Shown here one piece after another: positions 19,881-29,405 of a stretch of 64,000 nucleotides of DNA (position 1 is the first letter of the stretch; the number at the start of each line of letters is the position of its first letter). The translations under genes and the position numbers were made by a program. Origin of the DNA: Patescibacteria group bacterium (GTDB taxonomy: Bacteria > Patescibacteriota > Patescibacteriia > UBA10025 > JAHIVO01). The DNA is taken from NCBI GenBank assembly GCA_028718605.1, contig JAQULM010000001.1:519006-583005 (forward strand), given 5' to 3'. The notes under the pieces were generated by a model that made no database searches, was not told the origin of the DNA, and saw nothing but the letters and a program-made list of their open reading frames with translations.

Positions 19881-20639
19881 ATGGAAATTATCTGGATACT
19901 CATCATCGTCGGCGTCATCCTCGTCCTCATGGGATTGCGGATTGTCAACCAATACGAGCGCGGCGTCGTACTCACCCTCGGCAAATACACGAGCACCCGC
20001 GAACCAGGCCTGACGTATATCCTGCCGATCTTCCAACGGATGATTAAAGTAGACTTGCGTATCGCCACGATTGATATCCCGCAGCAGGAAGTGATTACCA
20101 AGGATAATGTACCCGCCGGTATCAATGCGGTCGTCTACTTCCAGGTGGAGAAGGCCGAGTACGCGATTCTGCAGATACAGGACTACGCGCTCGCGGTATC
20201 ACAGTATGCCCAAGCGGCTCTCCGCGATGTGATCGGTAGCGTGGAACTCGACACATTGCTCGCGGAACGCGATAAAATTGCGGATGAAATTAAAAAAATT
20301 GTTGATGTCGCAACCAACAATTGGGGTGTTAATGTTACTGCAATCAAAATCCAGGACATTGAACTGCCAGCAGACATGAAGCGTGTTATGGCAAAACAGG
20401 CGGAGTCAGAGCGTGAACGGCGCGCTGTCATCATCAGGGCCCAGGGCGAACTGAAAGCATCGGAAGACCTGCGGGCTGCTGCCCAGAATCTGTCCCAGGC
20501 GCAAGGCGGCCTCTCGCTCCGGACATTAAAAACAATCGAAGCGATCAATCCTGATCCGTCCAAGACGGTCATCTTTGCGCTTCCGGTTGAAGTCATGGAA
20601 GGAATTAAATCACTCGGCAAGGTTGCAGGACCGAAGTAA
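19881..20639 (+). CDS. SPFH/band 7 (slipin/stomatin-like) membrane protein
   Basis: N-terminal TM, QYERGV, VDLR, QEVITKDNV, MAKQAESERERRA. Confidence 0.92.
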   Translation: MEIIWILIIVGVILVLMGLRIVNQYERGVVLTLGKYTSTREPGLTYILPIFQRMIKVDLRIATIDIPQQEVITKDNVPAGINAVVYFQVEKAEYAILQIQDYALAVSQYAQAALRDVIGSVELDTLLAERDKIADEIKKIVDVATNNWGVNVTAIKIQDIELPADMKRVMAKQAESERERRAVIIRAQGELKASEDLRAAAQNLSQAQGGLSLRTLKTIEAINPDPSKTVIFALPVEVMEGIKSLGKVAGPK

Positions 20640-20724
20640 TCACCACAGTGCCTGATAATTAATACTTATTAAATAAGAGCCCGAGCGCGAGCTGGAGTTC
20701 TTGTTTTCTAGTTTATTGCGCAGA

Positions 20725-21663
20725 TCATTTAATTTCTTTAAGGAATTGCGCTGCGAGGGTAACTGTATCAACAGAGGAACTGTAGAAATCCTTCCACACA
20801 ACGACTATATTAGCGTCATTGAACACGGCCCGCTGCACCTCGCGTATCGTATCACCACCAGCAACGGCGACGGTGATATTATAACTCCCTCGGATCTGCT
20901 TGATCTGATAATACGGGATTTGTTTTTCTTTCGAGAACTCGGTCTCGTCGACGCCACGGTGCAAAACCACAACATCCGGAAGCGCCCTGAGCTGGCGAAG
21001 GAGCATATGCGGGCTTTCTACATTCATCATGTCGACCATTGAATCAAGCCCGTGCTGCTTGCATGCCGCGATAAACCGGTCGATTGTTTCTACGCGCGCG
21101 ACCCCAAGGCACGTAATCCCGTTCGCGCCTGCCGTTGCGGCCATTTCAACCTCCCGCTCTGCCAGATCAGCCGTTTTTGCATCGGCGACAACGTACGCAC
21201 CCGGCCAGGCCATCGCACGGACAGTGCGGATTGCCTCAGCTCCGTATATTTTTATCAGCGGTGTGCCCGCCTCGAGGATGATCCGGTCGGATGGCGGAAG
21301 ACGGCTTATAATCGAGCGCGCATCATCGAGCGTGCTATTGAGCGCAATTTGCAAATACTGCTTGCTTTTCTGTAGTTTTGCGGTGGGAACTGGCACAAGC
21401 GGCATTTGCGCTGTTTTCTGGGACAGCGAACTGAACGCCAGTGCAATCGGCGTCTTTAGGGGCGTTGCTGCCGGTTGTGTGCTTGTTGGTGCGCCTTTCG
21501 GGGCATGGCGTGCTTGCTGAGAAATTTTTTCGAGGAATTGCAGGAGGGGTGATCCGGCCGGTGCTCCTTTCTTTTTCCGGAATATCATCCGCACTATAAA
21601 AAAGAAGATTGCAAAGTTAAAAATCGTCGTAAATACCTCAAAAACTTTAATAGGAGAAGCCAT
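20725..21663 (-). CDS. 3-hexulose-6-phosphate synthase-like (OMPDC/HUMPS barrel) protein with N-terminal TM anchor
   Basis: YLQIALN, ILEAGTPLIK, VVADAKTADL, DMMNV, LHRGVDE, VAVAGG. Confidence 0.75.
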   Translation of the reverse strand: MASPIKVFEVFTTIFNFAIFFFIVRMIFRKKKGAPAGSPLLQFLEKISQQARHAPKGAPTSTQPAATPLKTPIALAFSSLSQKTAQMPLVPVPTAKLQKSKQYLQIALNSTLDDARSIISRLPPSDRIILEAGTPLIKIYGAEAIRTVRAMAWPGAYVVADAKTADLAEREVEMAATAGANGITCLGVARVETIDRFIAACKQHGLDSMVDMMNVESPHMLLRQLRALPDVVVLHRGVDETEFSKEKQIPYYQIKQIRGSYNITVAVAGGDTIREVQRAVFNDANIVVVWKDFYSSSVDTVTLAAQFLKEIK

Positions 21664-21666
21664 GGC

Positions 21667-22335
21667 TTAGATGACAACCTTTAAAAAACTCTCTGCAAGC
21701 TCCGCCATCTTGTGGGGCTCCTCATAGAATGGGCGCCACACAATGGCGATGTCGGCATCATTGAACACCGTACTCGTTACCTCGCGGAATGTTTCGCATC
21801 CAGCCACTGAAATCGTGACTGGATACGTCCCCTTGATCCGGCGTATCATGTGCAGCGGGATGCTGCGCTCACGGTTCAGATCATGCTCATCAACTCCGCG
21901 GTGAAGCACGACAATATCCGGAAGCGGGCGAAGCTTCTGCAGCACCTCAAACGGAAATTCGACATTCATCATGTCAACCGTTGAATCGATGCCTGCTGCC
22001 GCGCAGTGCTTGATGAATTCACTAATGGTTTCGATGGGCGCCAAACCAAGGCAGGTCGCGGCTGAAGCACCTGCCGCTGCTGCCGCCGCGACTTCTGTAT
22101 ATCCCCGATCCATGCATTTCAGGTCTGCAACGACGTACCCGGGCCTGCCAAGCTTCGCGGACCAACACTGGTACACCATCCCAATTCCGCTGCTGCCGTA
22201 CACCTTTACGAAAGGTGTGCCGACTTCAATAATTATCCTATCCGATGGGGGCAGGGATGCTATCATCTGCCGTACCTCCGGAAGGGAGCGATTCAAGGCT
22301 ATCTGGAGATAACATTTTCGCTTTTCAAGTCGCAT
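21667..22335 (-). CDS. 3-hexulose-6-phosphate synthase-like (OMPDC/HUMPS barrel) protein
   Basis: YLQIALN, IEVGTPFVK, VVADLKCMDRG, LHRGVDE; paralog of the adjacent gene; ATG at 22335. Confidence 0.75.
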   Translation of the reverse strand: MRLEKRKCYLQIALNRSLPEVRQMIASLPPSDRIIIEVGTPFVKVYGSSGIGMVYQCWSAKLGRPGYVVADLKCMDRGYTEVAAAAAAGASAATCLGLAPIETISEFIKHCAAAGIDSTVDMMNVEFPFEVLQKLRPLPDIVVLHRGVDEHDLNRERSIPLHMIRRIKGTYPVTISVAGCETFREVTSTVFNDADIAIVWRPFYEEPHKMAELAESFLKVVI

Positions 22336-22466
22336 AAAGAAGTATTTTGACAACTGCCCATTAGCATACCTGTAGTATACCCAATTCGCCTCAGGGCGAA
22401 CAGGTAACCCGTAAACGCGCGTTTTTGTCCCGATTTCGTCCTTCGATAATACCCGAATCCTAAAGG

Positions 22467-22495
22467 TTGACATGATTTCAATGATTTGCTAAGAT
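22467..22495 (+). promoter_or_regulatory. Sigma70-type promoter upstream of the 3D-domain gene
   Basis: TTGACA-17 bp-TAAGAT. Confidence 0.55.
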
Positions 22496-22628
22496 AGCCG
22501 ATCAAACAACACCCCTGTGATAGGGTGTTTTTTGATAGAAATTTTATGCCAATATTAGCTGATTATTTAATAGTAAACCTATTTTTTTAGCTAATATTAG
22601 CCGAGGGAAAGATAATTAAGCACGTTGT

Positions 22629-23138
22629 ATGATGAATTTTCTGAATCCAAAGAACAAAAAGGTGAAACCGCATATCGCAATCATGGCAACCATACTCTTT
22701 TGGCAGCTATGCTTCCCCCATAATGCATCCGCACACGCAAATCTGCCGCCAAATGAGGCAGAGCAGCTGATTGCCCAATTATCAGGAGCAGCTCCGGCAA
22801 ACGGCCGGCTGAGATTGCCAGAAGTGGGATTTAAGCCGGTGCCGCCGGCGAAACGTACGCTGTTTATACCAGTAACTGCGTACTCTTCAACGGTGGATCA
22901 ATGCGGGAGCGATCCTTTCACGACCGCTTCGGGAACGAAAGTTCATGATGGAGTTATCGCAGCAAATTTTCTCCCGATCGGAACCAAGGTACGCTTCCCC
23001 GAGCAATTCGGCAACAAAATATTCGTCGTCGAGGACCGAATGAGCGCCCGATACTGGCAACGCGCTGATATCTGGATGCCGGACCGGGAATCCGCCATCG
23101 CGTGGGGAATCCAACGCATAAAAATCGAAATTCTATAA
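22629..23138 (+). CDS. Secreted 3D-domain (lytic transglycosylase-like) protein
   Basis: Signal peptide; VTAYSS, DPFTTASG, IAANFLPIGT, VEDRM, ADIWM. Confidence 0.85.
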   Translation: MMNFLNPKNKKVKPHIAIMATILFWQLCFPHNASAHANLPPNEAEQLIAQLSGAAPANGRLRLPEVGFKPVPPAKRTLFIPVTAYSSTVDQCGSDPFTTASGTKVHDGVIAANFLPIGTKVRFPEQFGNKIFVVEDRMSARYWQRADIWMPDRESAIAWGIQRIKIEIL

Positions 23139-23248
23139 CCATACCGAGAGAGGCCCCATCCGGGGCTTCTCTTGATTCAGGCCAATTTCCCTGTTATTAT
23201 AATCATACGCATATATTTCGCCTGTCTGGAGTGTTGCCGGAACGCTAC

Positions 23249-23323
23249 GGCCACGTAGCCAAGTGGTAAGGCGGGGGTCTGCAAAACCCCTATTCAGCGG
23301 TTCGATTCCGCTCGTGGCCTCCA
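23249..23323 (+). tRNA. tRNA-Cys(GCA)
   Basis: GGGGT CTGCAAA ACCCC; CCA. Confidence 0.96.
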
Positions 23324-23453
23324 CTTGTCTCAATCTAAAACTCTGAAACATCCGAGTCCGCGCATTGGCGGACGAGGAAAAGGAGAAATGGTACGGAGGG
23401 TGGAGCATGCGGCGCATAAGCCGCTGGCGAAATCCGAAGTACCATTTGGACGC

Positions 23454-23528
23454 GCGGGTGTCGTATAACGGTTATTATACTTCCTTGCCAAGGAAGAGAA
23501 GGCGGTTCAATTCCGCTCACCCGCTCCA
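23454..23528 (+). tRNA. tRNA-Gly(GCC)
   Basis: CTTCC TTGCCAA GGAAG; CCA. Confidence 0.95.
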
Positions 23529-23546
23529 GAGCATATTCCAACCGCC

Positions 23547-24008
23547 ATGCAAAAGAAACATGATATTGTCCTGATCCTGCACAATGTCCGGAGCAGGTTT
23601 AATGTCGGCGCGATATTTCGTACCGCCGACGCAGCGGGTGTGAAAAAAATTTATCTTTGCGGCATTACACCGGCGCCGCCGCACCCGAAAATCGATAAAG
23701 TTGCCCTTGGCGCACAGCAGTTTATCCCGTTCGAGAAACACCGCCAAACAGTCCGGTTGATAAAGCAGCTGAAAGCTGAAGGACAACGCGTCGTTGCTAT
23801 CGAACAATCGCACAGCAGCATCCCATACTATCATCTGAAAAATAAAAAACCACTCGTGCTCATCGTCGGTGCCGAAGTACGGGGACTACCTGCAAAAATT
23901 CTGAAGCTGTGCGACAAAACGGTTGAAATCCCGATGTATGGGAAAAAGGAGTCGCTCAATGTGGCGGTCGCACTTGGAATCGTAATATTTGATATAATAC
24001 AGCAGTAA
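23547..24008 (+). CDS. TrmH/SpoU-family RNA methyltransferase
   Basis: NVGAIFRTADAAG, VGAEVRGL, IPMYGKKESLNVAVA. Confidence 0.93.
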   Translation: MQKKHDIVLILHNVRSRFNVGAIFRTADAAGVKKIYLCGITPAPPHPKIDKVALGAQQFIPFEKHRQTVRLIKQLKAEGQRVVAIEQSHSSIPYYHLKNKKPLVLIVGAEVRGLPAKILKLCDKTVEIPMYGKKESLNVAVALGIVIFDIIQQ

Positions 24009-24092
24009 GCCGCGGTGGCGGAACTGGTATACGCGCAGGACTTAAAATCCTGTGTCCGCAAGGGCTTGTGGGTTCGACTCCCACCCGCGGCA
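24009..24092 (+). tRNA. tRNA-Leu(TAA)
   Basis: CAGGA CTTAAAA TCCTG; long variable arm. Confidence 0.96.
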
Positions 24093-24122
24093 TGGTAGTT
24101 AACTTTTTGAATACGTACTTTC

Positions 24123-25082
24123 ATGGCGCCCGTGTCTCAGTTACAACGTTCCACGAACGGCAAGCCAAACCTCGTCGTCCTGCACCCGGGACGCTCAATT
24201 TCCGGTTACCCCTTCAATATCGCGAAGTACCGGGAATCGTACCACGATTTTTTTCGGCTCGCGCAAAAAAAGTCAGCGGTGTTTTATGTGCGAACGGGCG
24301 CATCGCGGTACCTGGGCAACGGCGTATTTTCCCATGGATACCAGTTCACGGGCGATAAACTTGTTCCGTACCGGCACCCGATCGCGGCAGCAGTCATGTA
24401 CAATAAAGCGCGGTTTCCGCATAACAGCGGCGCTATGTGGCAGATCGTCAATCCCTGGAAACTGTACGGAATCACGTACGATAAATTCGGCTGCTACCAG
24501 CTGCTCAAACAGTACATGAAACCAACGTACCGCGTGACCTCCCGGAAGACTTTCGTACGATCGCTTCAAAAAATCAAAACCGCGTGGGTTGTCTGGAAGC
24601 CCGTGTTCGGCTCCGAAGGGCGGGGGATTAAAATCGGCCCGAAAAGCCTTATTAGGCGCCGCATTAAACGCTACGATGGATTACTGCAGGAATTCATCGA
24701 CACGTCCGATGGTGTTCCTGGTGTTTGCAAAGGCTTGCACGATATGCGAATCTTGCTGATGAACGGCCGCATCGTCCAGTCGTACGTACGCCAGCCCCGC
24801 AAAGGTTCATATCTCGCCAATGTCGCCCAGGGCGGCCGAATGCTCGAAATCAGAAAAAATCAGATCCCGCGTCGGGCACGCGCTATCGCACAGCGCATTG
24901 ATGAACGCTTTTTTAATTATTTTGGGCCCCGAATTTATGCGATTGACTTCGGATTTGAACGTGGCAAACCGTACTTATTCGAAATCAACCCACAGCCAGG
25001 TCTGCCGTATCGGCAGTGGCCGCTCTACTACCGCGCCTGGCACCATGAACTTCTCAATACATTACTGTCGAGCATACGATAA
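24123..25082 (+). CDS. RimK-like ATP-grasp ligase
   Basis: DKF, KPVFGSEGRGI, LLQEFI, DMRI, ANVAQGG, AIDF, FEINPQPG. Confidence 0.85.
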   Translation: MAPVSQLQRSTNGKPNLVVLHPGRSISGYPFNIAKYRESYHDFFRLAQKKSAVFYVRTGASRYLGNGVFSHGYQFTGDKLVPYRHPIAAAVMYNKARFPHNSGAMWQIVNPWKLYGITYDKFGCYQLLKQYMKPTYRVTSRKTFVRSLQKIKTAWVVWKPVFGSEGRGIKIGPKSLIRRRIKRYDGLLQEFIDTSDGVPGVCKGLHDMRILLMNGRIVQSYVRQPRKGSYLANVAQGGRMLEIRKNQIPRRARAIAQRIDERFFNYFGPRIYAIDFGFERGKPYLFEINPQPGLPYRQWPLYYRAWHHELLNTLLSSIR

Positions 25083-25096
25083 CCCCCTCAAGTGCT

Positions 25097-26656
25097 ATGA
25101 AAACAATCCGCATATACGCGACACTCGCCATTATAATCGCCGGCATGCTGCCGATGTGCGCACGCGCGGACGAACTAGTCCCGATCCAACCGCAGGATAC
25201 CACGGCAGAACAGCCAGCGACACTGGGCGAACAGCCGGCTGAACTTGCGGCAAAAATTACTTCGGAAGATTACATCCTCTACGAAAAGAAGTCCCTGTTC
25301 GACGCCTCGGAGTCGACCCTGCTCCCGTCTGATTCACAGCCAACCTACCGCTGGGAATTTTCGGACGTGCCAACGCCGCAGTTCGGCAAGGAAGTCATTC
25401 GCGAATTCAAACAAACGGGAATCCACCGGGTAACTCTGACCATACAGCAAGGCGACGTATCCGACACTGCCAGTAAAGAAGTTTTCGTATACGACCAAAA
25501 AGTGCTCATGATCACGGATAAAAATCTCGCGAAGGAATTCAAGCTTATCGTGAACCAAGCGGCAAACGATGGAGTGCTTCTCAAGGTCGTCTCCGCCGTG
25601 GAAGAAGAGACGGGCTTTCTGACTGAAGAGAAATTGGTGCCCCTCATCGGTGAAGAGGCGGAATTTATCCGCGATACCGACGGGCTTATATTTTATACCA
25701 ACGCATCTCGCGGCCTCCAGGCGTTCACCCGTTATTGGCAGGGGCTGGGATCAGACAAAACAATCAATCTAGATTCTATTCAGCTTGTTGTGGTAACGGA
25801 ACAGAATATGTCAATCGCGGCCGACCTCGCGCAACAGTCATATGAAGTGATGAAGCCAAAAAATATCATTGTGACGCGCACCGAGGCGCTCAATCCGCTT
25901 TTTGAAACGAAAAACTACAACGAGTTTGTCACGAAGCTCGACGACCGCGCCATTGAGTACCGTATCGTTGACGCGCGCAGCGGCAAATCAGATGCTTTTT
26001 TCCTCTCACGCGCGATCACGACATTCATCGCAAAAGGCATACCAACCAATACGATTTACCTGCTGCTCGCATTTCCCTTTATCGCGTTCGTCGTGACGTT
26101 CTTCCGGCAAGTTATCGGGTTATCCGCCTTTGGCATTTATACGCCGACGGTTACGGCACTTTCGCTGCTCATCCTCGGGATTTATTTCGGCATTGGGACG
26201 TTGCTTATCGTCGTCGCAGTGAGCTACCTCCTGCGCATGGCGCTCAATAAGTTCAAACTCCTGTACATTCCGAAGACAAGCCTTATCCTCTCATCAATCG
26301 CATTATCCTTCCTCGGCCTTATCTGGTTTCTCGCGTACTACCGCGTTTCGCTGGCAATATCGCTCGCTATCTTCCCGATGCTCGTCATGTCAACGATTTC
26401 AGAAAAATTCCTGTCCGCGCAATCGGAGGAAGGCCTCGGGGAAGCGCTCTGGGGCGTCGTCAAAACAATACTCATCGCGGTGGTCGCATACTACCTCGTC
26501 GTATGGACCGCATTCACCAACCTCATCATGTCATGGCCTGAGTTGATCGTCGCTCCACTGCTCGGCATCATACTCCTGGGGAGGTTTACCGGCCTGCGGT
26601 TCACCGAATACATCCGCTTCCGCAGCCTCCTCAAGGAAAAACAAATCGAAGAATAA
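25097..26656 (+). CDS. Secreted PKD-like domain plus C-terminal 7TM domain (type usually fused to inactive transglutaminase)
   Basis: Signal peptide; FDASES..YRWEFSD..G.HRVTLT; FFRQVIGLSAFGIYTP, IFPMLVM, LGRFTGLRFTEYIRF. Confidence 0.8.
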   Translation: MKTIRIYATLAIIIAGMLPMCARADELVPIQPQDTTAEQPATLGEQPAELAAKITSEDYILYEKKSLFDASESTLLPSDSQPTYRWEFSDVPTPQFGKEVIREFKQTGIHRVTLTIQQGDVSDTASKEVFVYDQKVLMITDKNLAKEFKLIVNQAANDGVLLKVVSAVEEETGFLTEEKLVPLIGEEAEFIRDTDGLIFYTNASRGLQAFTRYWQGLGSDKTINLDSIQLVVVTEQNMSIAADLAQQSYEVMKPKNIIVTRTEALNPLFETKNYNEFVTKLDDRAIEYRIVDARSGKSDAFFLSRAITTFIAKGIPTNTIYLLLAFPFIAFVVTFFRQVIGLSAFGIYTPTVTALSLLILGIYFGIGTLLIVVAVSYLLRMALNKFKLLYIPKTSLILSSIALSFLGLIWFLAYYRVSLAISLAIFPMLVMSTISEKFLSAQSEEGLGEALWGVVKTILIAVVAYYLVVWTAFTNLIMSWPELIVAPLLGIILLGRFTGLRFTEYIRFRSLLKEKQIEE

Positions 26657-26668
26657 TTCCCGCACGCT

Positions 26669-28999
26669 ATGTGGCCATTTTCAAAATCTGCGGACATCCT
26701 GGGGATTAATGCGCGGAATCTCCTCTACATCGCACGGTACAACACAAGAGCGAAGAAGCACCTCGCCGACGATAAAATCTACACCAAGCACTACCTGCAC
26801 GCTCGCGGCATCGGTACGGCGAAACTGTACTATTCGCTCCAGTCACTCGAGGAGCTCCGCCATTTTAATCCAGCTAGCCTCCCCAGGAGCTTCGTCATCA
26901 AGCCAAACCGCGGGTACGGCGGGGAAGGCATTATTGCAATTGCTGACCGGCGCGGCCAAACATTCATCGATGTCGACGGCCAGCGATATTCATGGTCGGA
27001 CCTGAACACGCATTGCGTCGGCATACTCGATGGAAAATACGCCATATCGGGCTTACACGACAAGGTGATTTTTGAGGAACGCCTGCTGCCGCACGAGTAT
27101 TTTAAAAAATTTATGGATGTCGGCCTCCCGGACATCCGCATTATCGTATTCCGGTACGTCCCCATTATCGCGATGCTCCGCCTGCCGACGCCTGAATCCA
27201 GGGGCAAAGCAAACCTTCACCTCGGCGCGATCGGGCTCGGGATCGACATCGGCACCGGCAAAACAACATTCGGGGTGCACCATAACCAACTTATCCGGAA
27301 ACTTCCAAACGGCGAATCAGTCCGGAGCATCAGTATCCCTGACTGGGACGCAATACTGCTCACTGCGTCAAAAACCCAGCATTACACGCAGATCGGTTAT
27401 CTGGCCGTCGACGTAGCGCCAACGAACAATGGCATAAAAATCCTGGAGCTCAACGCCCGCGCCGGCCTCGCGATACAAATATCAAACCAGGTGCTCCTGC
27501 GCAAGCGCCTTGAAAAAGTGGCTGACCTGAAAGTCGTGTCACCGGAAGAGGGGGTCAGGATTGGAAAAACGCTGTTTACCCGCATAGTGAAAAAAAGCCC
27601 AGACGACCAGCCAAAAAGCGCGAAACCAACCATCGGGCTCTTTGAGCATATCGCAATTATCAATACACCGTACGATTCAATGCTGGCGAAAGTCGACCCT
27701 CATAGCAGCACCAATTACTTTGACCAGAGCCTGACGCTCGGCGGGCTCGCGAAAGTTATTACGATAAAATTAAAGGGCAAAAAAATCAAGATACCGTTCG
27801 AGCAAGCCGATCTTTCCAACATTCCGTACCGTGCAATTCTCGGCGGCAAATATCTCGCTGATTTTCTCATCGACATTACCCAAAAAGTGCCCTTTGCGAA
27901 CACTGCCCCCTTCGAATCTCGCGAGGAAAAAATTCTTCTGAATATCGATAAAAAAGTATGCTCTATAAACGAGCAGATCAATCTCCTTGCCGGGCTGAAG
28001 CCGGTCAATCTGGCCGAGCAACAGCGCGAATTCCTGAAAAACCCGACGAAGTCCCCACAATTTGTGTATAGAAAATTAACCGTTGATTGCGAACAACTTC
28101 GGAATGAATTGAAAAAAATTCCGCAAAACCTCAACCATCCATTTATCGAACTGTATCGCCGGAAAATCCGCGAGATCGAAAATAAACTCTCTATCATCGA
28201 ACATGTCGGCGAACCGGATGCCCTTACCTACGCGCACGAATTGTACGGTTCAGTCACCTACGACCAGTATGAAGCTGCGGTGCGCATGCTCCGACAGGAG
28301 TCCATGGAGGCTGACACGAGCAAGAAACTCCGCATGGACGACGTCATCGACAGGATCGGACACTACCTTGCTGAAAAAAAACTGACGCGGTGGAAAATCA
28401 AAATCCTCGACTCAGCGACAGCAGACATGCAAGTCAATAAAAAGAATGCGATCATGGTGCGCAAAAAAGCGCAGATCACGGAAAACCGCCTCAGGGCGTT
28501 GATTGCCCACGAAATCGAAACGCACATTTTCCGGCTAGAAAACGGCCGCCTACAGCGGTACCGCCTGTTCGAACAGGGGACAGCGAGCTACCTCCCGACA
28601 GAGGAGGGACTCGCCATCTACAACCAGCGGCGGCTCAATATTCCGCTCGGCGCGAAACATTTTTCTCCAGCGCTGAATGTCATCGCGGCATACCACGGGC
28701 AATCAATGCCGTTCCACGAGCTCCACCGGCTTCTCACGGCCGAATACCAGCAAAACCCGGTCCGTGCATGGCAGCTGTGCGTACGGGTAAAGCGGGGGCT
28801 TGGGGACACCACAGCGCCCGGCGCGTTCATGAAGGACATCGTATACTTCCTCGGGTACCATATGATAACCAACCTCGTGCTGGAAAAAGGCACGAGCGAG
28901 CTCAGAAAATTGTATATCGGAAAAATCAGCGCCGCAGACCTCTCGATACTGGGTGACACGAGCTCCTGGCCGGTCCGGTTCGTCCCCGACTACCATTAA
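26669..28999 (+). CDS. Alpha-L-glutamate-ligase-like ATP-grasp fused to a degenerate retropepsin-like domain and a DUF1704-type metallopeptidase
   Basis: LGINARN, DDK, KPNRGYGGEGI, PDIRII, ANLHLG, ELNARAGL; AKVDPH..ILGGKYL; HEIETH..TEEGLA..KDIVYFLG..LYIGKI. Confidence 0.82.
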   Translation: MWPFSKSADILGINARNLLYIARYNTRAKKHLADDKIYTKHYLHARGIGTAKLYYSLQSLEELRHFNPASLPRSFVIKPNRGYGGEGIIAIADRRGQTFIDVDGQRYSWSDLNTHCVGILDGKYAISGLHDKVIFEERLLPHEYFKKFMDVGLPDIRIIVFRYVPIIAMLRLPTPESRGKANLHLGAIGLGIDIGTGKTTFGVHHNQLIRKLPNGESVRSISIPDWDAILLTASKTQHYTQIGYLAVDVAPTNNGIKILELNARAGLAIQISNQVLLRKRLEKVADLKVVSPEEGVRIGKTLFTRIVKKSPDDQPKSAKPTIGLFEHIAIINTPYDSMLAKVDPHSSTNYFDQSLTLGGLAKVITIKLKGKKIKIPFEQADLSNIPYRAILGGKYLADFLIDITQKVPFANTAPFESREEKILLNIDKKVCSINEQINLLAGLKPVNLAEQQREFLKNPTKSPQFVYRKLTVDCEQLRNELKKIPQNLNHPFIELYRRKIREIENKLSIIEHVGEPDALTYAHELYGSVTYDQYEAAVRMLRQESMEADTSKKLRMDDVIDRIGHYLAEKKLTRWKIKILDSATADMQVNKKNAIMVRKKAQITENRLRALIAHEIETHIFRLENGRLQRYRLFEQGTASYLPTEEGLAIYNQRRLNIPLGAKHFSPALNVIAAYHGQSMPFHELHRLLTAEYQQNPVRAWQLCVRVKRGLGDTTAPGAFMKDIVYFLGYHMITNLVLEKGTSELRKLYIGKISAADLSILGDTSSWPVRFVPDYH

Positions 29000-29021
29000 C
29001 ACGCATCCAGCCGGCAGCCGG

Positions 29022-29405
29022 TTATGCAATCCGGCGATGGCGAAAATAATCGCGTGCTGCCACGACGTCACGCTTGATTTGTTGCATCAGCCCCGCTGGA
29101 TCCGAAAAGCGGATAAGCGGGCGAATTTTCCGCCGTAGCGCGATGGTAATGACACGGCCGTACAGGTCCCCATGGAAACCCAGCAGGTGCGCCTCCACTT
29201 TCCTCACGCGTGGATTATGTTTGCCGTGCATTCCGATGACCACGAGCGCAGGGTGCACGGCATCCCCAACCGCCACCGATGCTATATACACGCCGGCATA
29301 GATCCGCTTGCCGGCGATCGCACGCCAGGGAATATTGGCAGTCGGATAGCCGTGTTTCCGCCCGTATCGATCACCAGGAATAACAATTCCCTTAATATAC
29401 CTCAT
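29022..29405 (-). CDS. Stand-alone riboflavin kinase (RibF C-terminal domain)
   Basis: GRKHGYPTAN, GVY, VEAHLLGFHGDLYG, IR...F..L..QI..D. Confidence 0.88.
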   Translation of the reverse strand: MRYIKGIVIPGDRYGRKHGYPTANIPWRAIAGKRIYAGVYIASVAVGDAVHPALVVIGMHGKHNPRVRKVEAHLLGFHGDLYGRVITIALRRKIRPLIRFSDPAGLMQQIKRDVVAARDYFRHRRIA

